From positions 25,420,001 through 25,484,000 of the forward strand of contig CM060733.1 in the NCBI GenBank assembly GCA_030704615.1: a DNA stretch of 64,000 nt, given 5' to 3'. The notes under the pieces are model-generated. The model worked only from the letters and a program-made list of their open reading frames with translations. It searched no databases and had not been told where the DNA came from. Below, one piece after another: positions 25,230-36,711 of this stretch (the first letter of the stretch is position 1; every line of letters begins with the position of its first letter). The DNA is from Takakia lepidozioides (taxonomy: Eukaryota > Plantae > Bryophyta). The position numbers and the translations under genes were made by a program.

Positions 25230-27600
25230 TAAGGTGCCTGATTTTATCAACTGTGTCGGTGCAGCTGCTACCTTTAATTGACCATCTACCCATGCAGGTT
25301 TCTTGTAGCTATTGATCCACATGGAATTGGATGAACCTGGACCCACACTCTATTTCTGCTCCTTCAGCTATCCATGCCTCTGCACAAATCATGCATATTG
25401 CATCCTTGTCTTGCTGCTAGCACCTGACAATGACAGCTTAGATTTATTCTAGGAAACACCCAACTCTACTTATCACACTAGTTCCTATGGCCAATTGCAT
25501 CTGCTACTCTCTGTAATCCAACAGGCATTTGAATCAGGCATTTGAATCACCTTTTTGTCTCAATTGTCCCGCCATTGACCGGGGTTAGAAAAGTATCAGA
25601 ATTCAACATGAAAATTTAGGGCCAATTCTGATAAGAGGGAAAAACAGGGTGAAATGTGTTGAAGAAGGTTCCTTCATTAGTAGTGCCTGATTTTATCAAT
25701 TGAGCCGCTGGTGCTACGGCTTCCAGTTCACCATCTACCCATGCAGGTTTCGTATAGCTATCCTTCCACAGGGAATTATAGGTAATCTAGAGCTTGAAAT
25801 TCGACCCTCTTGGATGAATCTGGACCCACACTCTATCCCTGCTACTTCAGCTATCCAGACCTCTACACAAATCATGCACACATCCTTACCTTGCTGCTAG
25901 CAGCTGACAATGACAGCCTAGAATTGTTCCAGCAAGCACCCCAACCCTACTAACTTATAGCTGTAGTGTCCAAAGCCATGTCTGTTTCTAGAAAATTGTC
26001 TGATCATGAAAATGAAATTAGGCAGAAAACTTCCCTGGACTTGTTTCCAGTCTGTGACATAGGGAAGGACATCATGGATGAGGTCCCTCAATGGTCTACC
26101 CACTCTCGACACCAGATTAAATTTAAACTCAGGGCAGGAATCCTACCTTTGAATAGCAAACAGAAGCAGAGAGGAAAGGGAGAGTGCAATTGCACCCATA
26201 TATGTTAATTGTTTTTGGATACTTTTCTGTTGTCACATTGGCAGTTGCATGTCAAAGTCACTCCAAACAAGATTCACTCAACCAGCTAACTTACAGAATT
26301 CAACGTGGAAATTTAGGGCGGATTCTGATAAGAAGGAAAAACAGGGTGAAATCTGTTGAAGAATGTGTCTTTATTAGTAGTGCCTGATTTTATCCATTGT
26401 GGCGCTGCTGCTGCGGCTTCCAGTTGACCATCTGTTTCTTGTAGCTATCCTCCACAGGGAATCATAGGTAATCTGGAGCTTGAAATCCGGGCCTCTTGGA
26501 TGAATCTGGACGCACAATCTATCCCTGCACTCGAGCTCCTTCAGCTATCCATGCCTGTGTACAAATCGTGAATACATCCTCAGCCTTGCTGCAGCTAGCA
26601 GCTGACACTGATGCCCTAACCCTACCTACAGTAACATGTCAAAATCACTCCAAAACCACCATAGATCCACCAACGAGCTTCTCCTAATCTATGTTATCTA
26701 TTTTTGGATACTTTCCTGCACCACAGATCCACCCAATGAGCTAACTTACAGAATTCAATATGCGTCTCAGGGCCGAGTCTGATGAGAGGGTAAAATAGGC
26801 AAAAATAGGTTGAAGAAGAAGGTGCTCTCACCACATTGTCGACCTTGACCTCATGTCATGACCCATGGAGGATTTGACAGACCATTAACCAAAGAACTTA
26901 TTGTGTGTGCTGCTTGTGTCCATCGTCAGGAACTGTTGGATTGGTTTGTGAGAACCACCACGGTGCAACTGAGCAGGCAGAGATTGAAACACGGCCTGCT
27001 AAGACCAAGCTCGATCTCTCCCAAGAACCTTATAAACATCAGGAAAAATACCAAATCATGGTACTAACAGGTACCAACAGCCCACATTTGCAGGATGGAC
27101 AAACTTCTTCACATCGTACATTAAGACAAAGCCACACCTTGCGATTACGGTTGTCGCACCATAGTGAAGGATCTTAAAAAAACTCATGCCAGCTCTGCTC
27201 CGTGCTGCAAATTCAGGGCCGAGTCTGATGAGAGGGCAAAACAGGCTGAAAGAGGTCGAAGAAGGTGCCCTCACCACATTGTCCTCGACCTTGTGTCATG
27301 ACCCATCAAGGATTTGACTGACCACCTCTTGTGTGTACTGCTTGTGTCTGTAGTTAGGTAATGTTGGATTGGTCTGCGAGAACCACCACGGTGCAGCTGA
27401 GCGGGCGGAGATTGAAACACGTCCTGCTAAGACCAAGCCGACTCTCCCAAGAACCTTGTAAACATCAGGAAGAATACCAAATCATGGTACTAACGGGAGC
27501 CAAGTGCCTACATTTGCAAGATGGACAAACATCTTCACATCGTACATTAAGAAAAGCCACACCTTGTGATTGTGGTTGTCCACCCAAGCTATGCATATCC
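25230..27600. repeat. Degenerate tandem repeat cluster (units ~25230-25480, 25590-25960, 26290-26610; pair 26740-27170 and 27210-27600); related copy at 55980-56230
   Basis: Recurrent AGGGCCGA.TCTGAT.AGAGGG.AAAACAGG.TGAAATGTGTTGAAGAAGG and GTGCCTGATTTTATC blocks. Confidence 0.85.
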
Positions 27601-27769
27601 TGTAGATCCTCCCACGCAAACTCAGCAAAATGATCAAGTCCCATAACTTACTCATCGCTGAACGCAATCCCGCAACCCTAAATCCATTTTGAATTATTTG
27701 GATAAATGTATCGTAGATGGATAGATTTTGGGGGTTTTCCATCAATCCATCCATCCATCCATTTAGTTT

Positions 27770-28015
27770 TCCGTTCATCCAATAGTTGCCAGCAAGGCGT
27801 TTGCTTTATCATTCATTCATACGTTCATCCAGTGCACAAAAATTATATTTCATACGTTCATCCAATAGTTGCCAGCAATGCGTTTGTTTATCATTCGTTC
27901 AGATAATTCAGTTGCTCTGTTTCACTAACCTTTCATACGTTCATCCAATAGCTGCCAGCAAGGCATTTGTTTATCATTCGTTCAGATAATTCAGTTGTTT
28001 TGTTTCACTAACCTT
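27770..28015. repeat. Tandem minisatellite, 4 units with core CGTTCATCCAATAG.TGCCAGCAA.GC.TTTG
   Basis: Units visible at ~27772, 27821 (partial), 27855 and 27937. Confidence 0.85.
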
Positions 28016-28190
28016 AACCAGCACACGATTAGTTTACTAATAATGTGCTGGGATAGTGAAAAAATAGTTAAATGTTTTACTTCTTATTATCCACGTATAT
28101 ATTGTTATATATAGTTTATATATTGTGATTACAAGTGCCATTGCTTAACTGATTGTCTCAGTCAGCTCATTTTAGGTAGTCAAAGTCTCT

Positions 28191-28340
28191 CACTACAATC
28201 AAAAATTTCGCGGTTGTCTAGCACCTCAAATATTTTAATGTAAACTTTGACTGCAAAATGGTTGGAACAGTCGAAAGTGACAACAGTCAACGCTAGCGTC
28301 AAACTAAATCGTCGAAATTACATAGGTGTGTGTTGTAGTG
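28191..28340. mobile_element. Possible 150-bp CACTA-derived miniature element
   Basis: Starts CACTACAATC and ends TGTTGTAGTG (inverted CACTACAA). The 3-bp flanks TCT/TTC do not match exactly. Confidence 0.5.
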
Positions 28341-28650
28341 TTCCCCAACATGTTTATATAGGATCTTAGTGTTTATCTCTTATCCATCCAAGGACCAATT
28401 AGATTAGACGGCCACTCCCTTAAGATCTGTGGCCCACTGTGTTTACTTCACTTCAGTCAATCTGTTCTACACATAGATGCAGAAAAGTAGAGTGGATCAG
28501 GAAGAAAGGGAGGAACTAAAACCACAAGATCCACGAAAGTGTAGGTTTATCAATGTTGGACGGATATAGGGTCATCAGGATGACAGCAGTATAGCAACCC
28601 GGATATGGACTAGGTAGCCAAGGAGGCGAGACGGCGAGACCAGCTTGGGG

Positions 28651-28900
28651 GTGTAGCCAGACACCAGGGAATCCCTCAACGTGGTAATTCCAGCTTAGTG
28701 TCCGGCTACACCCAGTAGCGGTAATGTTGAGGGATTCCCTGTTGTCCGGCTACACCGGCATAACGGTAGTGTTGAGGGATTCACTGGTGTCCGGCTACAC
28801 CCCGTAGCGGTAATGTTGAGGGATTCCCTGTTGTCCGGCTACACCGGCGTAACGGTAGTGTTGAGGGATTCTCTGGTGTCCGGCTACACCCCGTAGTCGG
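28651..28900 (+). repeat. Alternating 44/45-bp tandem repeat (89-bp higher-order unit) preceded by an inverted partial unit
   Basis: Units start at 28702, 28746, 28791, 28835 and 28880 with CCGGCTACAC. 28651-28680 is the reverse complement of a unit segment. Confidence 0.95.
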
Positions 28901-29339
28901 TCAAGCCTCCCCGTCTACCGGACATAACAGAGATTTCTGGACGTATTGAGTAGTAGAGCTGGCGGTGGTGGGTTACGACGGGTGACAGGCCTGTCTAGGA
29001 TAAATGTAGCTGCCACGTAGGCAAAATGCCTCCAAACCTCGGTTATGATCAAGGTATCCGGACCCCAAACCAGCATTTTTTCGGACCGGGCTTAGATGCA
29101 TAACCAGAGGACATGAAAATGTGATTTTTTTTTTTTTTAACCTGGTGTAATTACCGGCAGATCTCCTACCAATAACTAATAGATATTTGCTGTAAAATTA
29201 ATAACCCGGGTTTGTCATGTTGGTAATACCCGGAACCCGAATACTACAAAAAGTTCTTCGTCCGACACTGGTATATGTCATATCTCCGAGAGCAGGACAA
29301 TTTGGACTAATGCAATTGCCACCTAGAAAATACCACACC

Positions 29340-29412
29340 CGACAAGTAACAAGATTTGACCCCAGAATCATATGGGTGGCACGGTAGTGCACTTAACCAA
29401 CTGAGCTACTCA
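29340..29412 (-). mobile_element. tRNA-like SINE head (second copy at 52445-52513)
   Basis: Minus strand GTAGCTCAGTTGGTTAAGTGCAC (A box) ... GGGGTCAAATCTTG (degenerate B box). The 52.5-kb copy has GGTTCAAATCC. Confidence 0.6.
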
Positions 29413-31109
29413 CTGTTGGTGATACAAACTTTCATGCAAACATGCAAACATAGCTTTCAAGCAATCATTTTGGATGTGCATTCATTAAGGAACTTCCATA
29501 ATATGTACTCCATTAGATCTTTCTTGCCGGCAAGGGACGCATACAATGATGGTTTCTCCTTTGAATCATATTAAACATGGTTTTTCCTTTAGTTGAAATA
29601 GAAAAAAAAAACTATGAATGGGCCGGACCTGCCCGGACCTGATTGAAATTCAAGAGGCCAACTTACCAGATCCGGAGGGTAAGTTAAAACGTTAATAGCC
29701 ATATATCCACCCAATACATATGACTTGAGACAATATTGCAAGACAAACAGTACTAAGCATGAGACATACTACTGAGTGACAAACTAAAAAGACAAGCTAC
29801 AACAGCTTTCCCTAAAGAATAGGCAGCAGCTAGCCCATTCCACATTACATAATGATCCTCATATAGTAAGCTGAAAGACAAATAAAAAGTTAATTGTTGC
29901 ATTAGCGTCTTTTCTGCTTGATTCCGCTGCTGTTACGTAGTTTATGATTTCACCTGTCCGTTGTTCCGTGGTCTCTTCATGGTTCATGCCTACCTTTGTG
30001 GGTCGTTTATTGCCATCCTTTGCTCTCAGGCATGCAAGTTTTACCCTGACTTCTAGCACTTGCTGCCTATTCCGGGTCAAGGGTTTGTCCTTCGCCTTTG
30101 TGTGTGTTTTTGCCTCTATTGCTCTATGAGGGTTTTCCCTCCTTTATAAAATGTGATCTTCCATTAAAATAATAAGAATAAGAGATATATAATGTTCGTT
30201 ACCAGCATTGCAAAACAAAACAAGAATAAAATATTAACCCTGTTCATCTTTAAAGAAGGAAAAAAAAAAAAAAAAAAAAAAGGACAAAAGGGTGGACTCT
30301 CCTATGTGCAGCTCTTTCCAGATCTGCCGAACGGCGGCGGAGGGAATGTATCAAAGTCTTCGAACTCTCCTGGGGTAAGGGCGGCATCCTCGGCACCCGC
30401 ACTTCAGACACACACTTTCACTGGCAAGATAGCCTCCCCCCTATGGGAAATCGCTAAACTGGCCTATGACCGTTATAGTTCCTATGACCGATCACCTCAT
30501 AACTGCTTGGGTCACGCCGCATGAGCTACCATTGTTGGGCCCAAGACCGCTCATTTTTGCCACTTGGCAAACAGTTGTTTGATAGACCCATAAATGTGAT
30601 TGCCAAGCATTAGATGGGGCCTGGAGTTGAATGCGAGGGAGCCGGTTTAGCCAGCGTGGACCCCCCGACACCCCCTGCCCACCCCCACCTCCATCGCCCG
30701 CACACTGCCGCGCGGCACGCCCTCCCGCGCCTCATGTGCCCGCTGCGGGGACATGACGCATGCCCTGGCCATGCCCTCTCCCACATCCCCATCCCGCCTC
30801 CCATCCTGCCTTCATGCCTGCCGTCGTCCTGCATCCAACATAGTACATGCTATCCCAAGCATACATCATGCATTCATGAAATTATGCATGATTCGAAAAT
30901 TATTCTGACAGGTATTCAAATTTCAAATGGTAAATCTGAGCAAAGGACTTGACGTTCAGATGTATGCCACGTCATCACATACATGGCCACCCCAATCGAG
31001 GGTTTTGCTACCCTCATCGTGCATTTCCTCGTACAGCGGTTGTCTCCATGCTTTCCAAACGCGTCCCTACGCAACGAGGGCATTCACATTCCATGGACCG
31101 CGATGGAAT

Positions 31110-32823
31110 GGTGTCATGGAACGCGATGATCACAGAATATGCACAACACGGTCTGGGATGGAGGCTTTGGAGACCTATGAGCAAATATCAATACCAACCA
31201 TATCACGTTTGTTTGCATTTGCAATGCGTGTGCGAGCCTTGCAGCCTTGGAAAAGGGCAAAGAGGTTCATGGTGATATCGTCGAAGCTGGAATAGTACCA
31301 GACGTCATTCTGAACACTGCCCTGGTGGACATGTATGCCAAATGTGGGAGCATTGAAGATGCATTGAGCAAATGATGTGGGAAAGGGTGAAGCCCGACCG
31401 CATCACGTTTGTTTGTGTTTGCAAGGCATGTGCAAGCTTGGCAGCTCTCGAAAAGGGCAAAGAGGTCCATGGTGACATCGTCAAAGCTGGAAGTGTACCA
31501 AATGTTATTCTGCACAGTACCCTTGTGGACGTGTATGCCAAATGTGGGAGCATTGAAGATTCAAAGGGAGTGTTGACACTACGGCTGAACGTGATGTGAT
31601 GTCATGGAACGCAATGATTGCAGGATATGCACAGCAGGGCGCGAGACTGAGGCTTTGTAGACATATGAGCAAATGATGCAGGAAGAGGTGAAGCCCAACC
31701 ACATCACGTTTTTTTGTGTTTGCAATGCATGTGCAAGGGTGGCAGCCTTGGAAAAGAGCAAAGAGGTCCATGGTGACATCGTCAGAGCTGGTATTGTACC
31801 AAATGTCACTCTAAATAATGCCCTCGTGGACATGTATGCCAAATGTGGGAGCATGGAGGATGCAAAGGGAGTGTTCAACAATATGGCCGATTGAGATGTG
31901 GCGTCCTGGAATGCTATGACTGCAGGATATGCCCAGCATGGTTGTCACAGGGAAGCCCTGCAACTATATTATGAAGGAATGCAAACGGAAAGCTTTAAGC
32001 TGGACAATATCGCCTTTATATGTTTTCTCTCTGCATGTAGCCACACTGGCCTACTGGATGAAGGAAGACACAACTTTGATTCCCTGAGTCAACATCATGA
32101 TGTCTCTCCGACAGTAATGCACTTTGGCCGCATGGTGGACCTTCTTGGACATATGGGGCAATTGGATGAGGGAGAGGAGCTATTGACAAAATGCCAATGA
32201 AACCAAATGCTATGGTTTGGAGGGCCTTGCTTGGTGCCTGCAGAATCCATGGTAATGTGGAGATGGATGAACGTGCAGCAACATCTATTCTCAAGTGGGA
32301 CGAACAGGATGCCGCGACTTATGTGTTGCTATCAAACATCTATGCTGCAGCTGGCCGGTGGGACGATAGTGCAAAGACACGAAAAATGATGAAGGTCAGA
32401 GGGGCTAGAAAGGAGCCAGTTCACTGTTGCATTGAGGTTGGCAACAGGGTGCACACCTTTGTTGTAGATGACAAATTGCACCCAAAAATTAAGGAAATCC
32501 ATGCTCAGCTGATAAGATTGTCTGGACAGATGAAGGAGGCAAGGTATGTGCCTGACACACGCTTTGTATTGCATGATGTGGGGGAGGAGAAAAAGGAATT
32601 TTCTCTTTGCCACCACAGTGAGAAGTTGGCCATTGGTTTTGGGCTGATCAGCATAGCCCCTAGGAGTACGCTCCGGCTCATCAAGAATCTTCGGGTGTGT
32701 GGTGACTGCGACACCTCCACCAAGTTCATTTCAAAGATTGTTGGCCACGCAATTGTTGTACGGGATGCTAACCGCTTTCACCACTTTGAAGATGAGTTTT
32801 GTTCTTGCGGGGATTACTGGTGA
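31110..32823 (+). pseudogene. PLS-E-DYW PPR (C-to-U RNA editing factor) pseudogene A, 5' truncated
   Basis: Repeated VSWNAM..GYAQHG / KPD.ITF.CVC.ACA.LAALEKGKEVH / [10 protein letters not shown] motifs, E domain (VWRALLGACRIHG) and DYW domain HHSEKLA...KNLRVCGDC...CSCGDYW. Several frameshifts and a stop at 31892. Confidence 0.92.
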
Positions 32824-32843
32824 AATAGTTTTTTCTGGAAAAT

Positions 32844-32969
32844 TGTGGTGACTGCCACACCTCCACCAAGTTCATCTCAAAGATTGTTGGCCGCGCAATT
32901 GTTGTATAGGATGCTAACCGCTTTCACCACTTTGAAGATGGGGTTTGTTCTTGTGGGGATTACCGGTGA
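32844..32969 (+). repeat. Tandem duplicate of the DYW-domain C-terminus
   Basis: Reads [40 protein letters not shown], a diverged copy of 32698-32823. Confidence 0.9.
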
Positions 32970-34298
32970 AACAATTTTCTCTGGGAAGATGCAAGTGTCT
33001 TGCTTCATTCATTGATCTATGTAGCTACTCAGTTCATCCACCATTTCTGGAGCAGATTGACCATGATGTACTGGTTGAGGGCATTTCCTGTTGCATAAAT
33101 GGTAGTGGGGTAGGTGAAGTCAGCCCATACTTGCACTTGATTGGAGCAGGTAATGAGGAAAGGAGGGATTTCGACTGACTCTGGTGATAGTGGAAGGAAA
33201 TCAGCGTGCTGTGCTAATTTTGGTGTGGGTGGTGGACCCTCTCCAAAGCTTGAAGATGAAAGTGAATACAATTCGTAATGAGCTTGATTAGAGGGACATC
33301 CCTATGCACAAGTTTGTTCAGCATTTTAAATTTGGACATGTTTGTATTACGGTGCTGCGTCAGATAGAGCTCTTGATTAACTTGCATGAATGTTGTCGAA
33401 AGCTAGTCTTCATTCACCAAGATCCAATTCCATGGTGGCCTGAAACTTCGCATAGTGATTGTAAAGAACTTGAGATATTGATCTCAAACAAGCGGCAAGA
33501 TCTCCTAAATATCCAATAGCCACATCACGAAAAACAAACCTCTTTTTCTAAATCTCTTGCTTCCAGTAACTGTCCAATATCTCAAATTTGGACCCAAAAA
33601 CTTATGGGTGAATCTCTTGATCCATCATGTTGGTTCAATTCATATTAATACAATTACACCAAAATAATGGATATGACTAATGAGAGGGAGATGTCAACTA
33701 CTCCTCTTTTGGCTGTGACGGCATTGTCACAACAAGACTCCACTTTGCCTTGTGATGTGGTGTGACGCTCAACTCTTGTGCTAAGGGTGGGATTTGTTAC
33801 ACCCAGGATCACCCTGGTTATGCAAAGGCAAGGCACAACTACCCAACCAAGCATGACTACAGATCATATAACAAATACCTTTCCCAGGTAGAGTGAAGAT
33901 CATTCCCACAAAGGAGACTCTGCCTGGCTTCCTGTTGGTAAGGAAAATGTTTGCAGTATCTTTCTTTTTCTTGTATGAGATACAATTATGCGATCCAATG
34001 AGAGCCACGTGTCATATCTGTGGTCAAATTGGGAGCTCCACTAGCAATGCAGGCATACACATTCTGTTTGCTAGCATGATCTGATGCCTGTAATCAGATT
34101 GCTTTTGATAATGTGGGTGCAAAGCGCAATCTCGGGCACCTCCTGGTTGGTAGCACAATCAGCTCTTGTTGCGTTGTTATGCCGGGGGGAGGAAATGCCT
34201 TTAAAAGTATGTCATAGTCGACAATCCCAGGGCATTGGCGAATGAACCAAGCAGCTGGATGCTTTTAATGAATGAAGCAAGCCACTCACAACATCAAT

Positions 34299-36255
34299 TC
34301 ACTATACCCACAAGAACAAACCCATCTTCAAAGTGGTGAAAGCGGCTGGTATCTTGTTCAACAATTGCTCGCCGAACAATCTTTGAGGTGAACTTGGTGG
34401 CTGTGGCAGTCATCACACATTCAAAGGTTCTTGATGAATCAAAGAGGTGTCCCTGGTGCCGTACTCATCCGCCCAAAAGCAATGGCCACCTTGCTGTGGT
34501 GGCAAAGAGAAATTTCTTTTGCTCCTACATATCATGCAATACAACGTGCATCAGGCACATCCGGCCTCCTTCATGTGCCCAGACAATCTTCTCAGCTCAG
34601 CATGCATTTCCTAATTTGTGGGTACAATTGTCATCTACCACCAAATATGTGGACCCATTTACCAAAGTCAATGGAGCAGCGACCTGGCTGCTTTCTGATA
34701 CCTCTGAATTGCATCATTTTCCTCACCTTTGCAGTATTGTCCCACCTGCCAGCTGCATTATATATAAGTGATATCAATTCATAAGTTGTGGTGTCCTTGT
34801 TGATCCCACTTGAGAATAGATTTTGCCATAGATTGGGCCACCTCCACATTCCCATAAATTCTGCAGGCACCAAGCAAGGCCTTCCACACCACAACATCTG
34901 GTTGGACCGGCATTTTGTTGATGACATCCTCAGCCTCATCCAATCGCACTGCACGACCAAGGAGGTCCACCATGCAGCCAAAGTGCTCCATTGTAGGAGT
35001 CAGGCCATGATCTCGATGCAGGGAATCAAAGTAGTGTCTGCCTTCATCCACTAGACCCTCATGACTATATGCTTGGAGAATACATATAAAAGTGATACCG
35101 TTCGGCGTCAAGCCTTCCTTTTGCATTCCTTCAAATAGTTGCATAGCCTCCTTATGACAACCATGCTGGGCATATCCTGCATCATGGCATTCCATGATAC
35201 CACATTTCGTTCAGTCATACTGTTGAACACTTCATTTGCATCATCAATGCTCCCACATTTGGCATACATGTCCACACGGGAATTGTTAGAATGACATCTG
35301 GTACAATTCCAACTTTCATGATGTCAGCATGGACCTCTCCTTTTCTAGGGCTGCCAGGCACGCACATGCATTGCAAACACAAATGAAGGTGACCTGATCT
35401 GGCTTCACCTCTTTGCCCATCATTTGCTCATAGGTCTCCAAACCCTCCATTCCGCATCCATGTTGGGCATATCCTCCTATCATTGTGTTCCATGACACCA
35501 CATTTCGTTCAACCATTTTGTCAACACTCCCTTTGCATCTTCAATGCTCCCACATTTGGCGTACATGTCCACGAGGGTGTTGTTCAGAATGACATCTGGT
35601 ACAATTCCAGCTGTCACAATGTCAGCATGGACATCTCTGCCTTTCTTCAGGGCTGCCCTCCCTGCACACGCATTGCAAACGCAAAGGAAAGTGACCTGGT
35701 CTGGCTTCACCCCTTCCCAGATCATTGTTCATAGGTCTCCAAAGCATCCATTCCGCATCCATGTTGGGCATATCATGTGATCATAGCATTCTATGACACC
35801 ACATTACGTTTTGCCATATCATTGTCAAACAGCCCCTTTGCATCCTTGAGGCTCCCACATTTGGCATAAATGTCTACAAGGTTGTTGTTCAGAATGACAT
35901 CTGGTACAATTTCAGCTTTTATGATGTCAGCATGAACCTCTCTGCCATTTTCCAGGGCTGCCAGGGCTGCACAGGCATTGCAAATGCAAAGGAAAGTGAC
36001 CTAGTCTGGCTTCACCCCTTCCTGGATCATTTTCTCGTAGGTCCTCAAAGCCTCCATCCCACACTCATGCTGGGAATATCCTCCAATCATAGCACTCCAG
36101 GAAACCACATATCGTTCAGCCATACTGTTGAACACTCCTTTTGCATCCTTAATGCTCCCGCATTTGGCATACATGTCCACCAGGGTGTTGTTCAGAATGA
36201 CATCTGGGTCAATTCTAGCTTTCATGATGTCAGAATGGACCTCTTTGCCCTTTCC
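34299..36255 (-). pseudogene. PLS-E-DYW PPR pseudogene B, convergent with A, 5' truncated
   Basis: About four PLS triplets, MEHFGCMVDLLGRA, VVWKALLGACRIYG and a decayed DYW domain (HHSK..., FHHFEDG...CSCG). Many frameshifts. Confidence 0.9.
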
Positions 36256-36711
36256 TCATCTGATGACAACTCTTGAAATACTTGACTCTGCGACCTCCAT
36301 CCTTACTGATTTCCGATGAAGATCACCCAAATTTTCTTGGGACACCGAGGCATGGGAGGCCTGGCCCTTCTTCCTATTTGTGGTTTTGTGAGGTGGCATA
36401 TGTCCATGGCGCCTGAGGACATCCTCCATAATAGCCTTCTGGCTTGGTGTGAGGGGCCCTTCACCTTCCCCATGCTTCATACAACCATCCACCCTATGCA
36501 AGTTCAATTTTTTTTTATCGGCAAAAAGCAGATCACAATGTATGCATCTATATTGTCGTCTGTTAGACACACCAGGTTCATCGACCCTTCCCATCATGTA
36601 GGCCTCGCATATGAGGGACTCGTATTCATCAGTTTCATAAGTCTGGCGATATTCCCTCCGGTTCTCTATCATTTTGCTCTCCTTCATCGTGAGTGTTGCG
36701 TCTGCCAACAA
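36256..36711 (-). other. ORF or exon with a single C2HC/C2H2-like zinc finger, probably TE-derived
   Basis: YRCIHCDLLFADKKKLNLHRVDGC = C-x2-C-x12-H-x4-C in a 151-codon open frame. Confidence 0.5.

Larger units (their letters stand above)
28470..30453 (+). repeat. Dispersed composite repeat, homologous to 51990-53300; parts recur at 37812-37910 and 61095-61206
   Basis: Colinear shared blocks CATAGATG.AGAAAAGTAGAG, GCAAGTTTTACCCTGACTTCT and TCTGCCGAACGGCG.CGGAGGGAA. Confidence 0.85.

Noticed and set aside
20523-28340. A single CACTA element spanning 20523-28340
   Set aside because: The 3-bp flanks (AAT vs TTC) do not match, and the right terminus pairs better with CACTACAA at 28191.
28702-28900. 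CRISPR-like array
   Set aside because: Units are contiguous and alternate A/B with no unique spacers; eukaryotic context and no cas genes.
30610-30952. Pro/His-rich ORFs here and at 37288-37616 as genes
   Set aside because: They are by-products of the GC-rich inverted repeat; indels between the two copies do not preserve frame.
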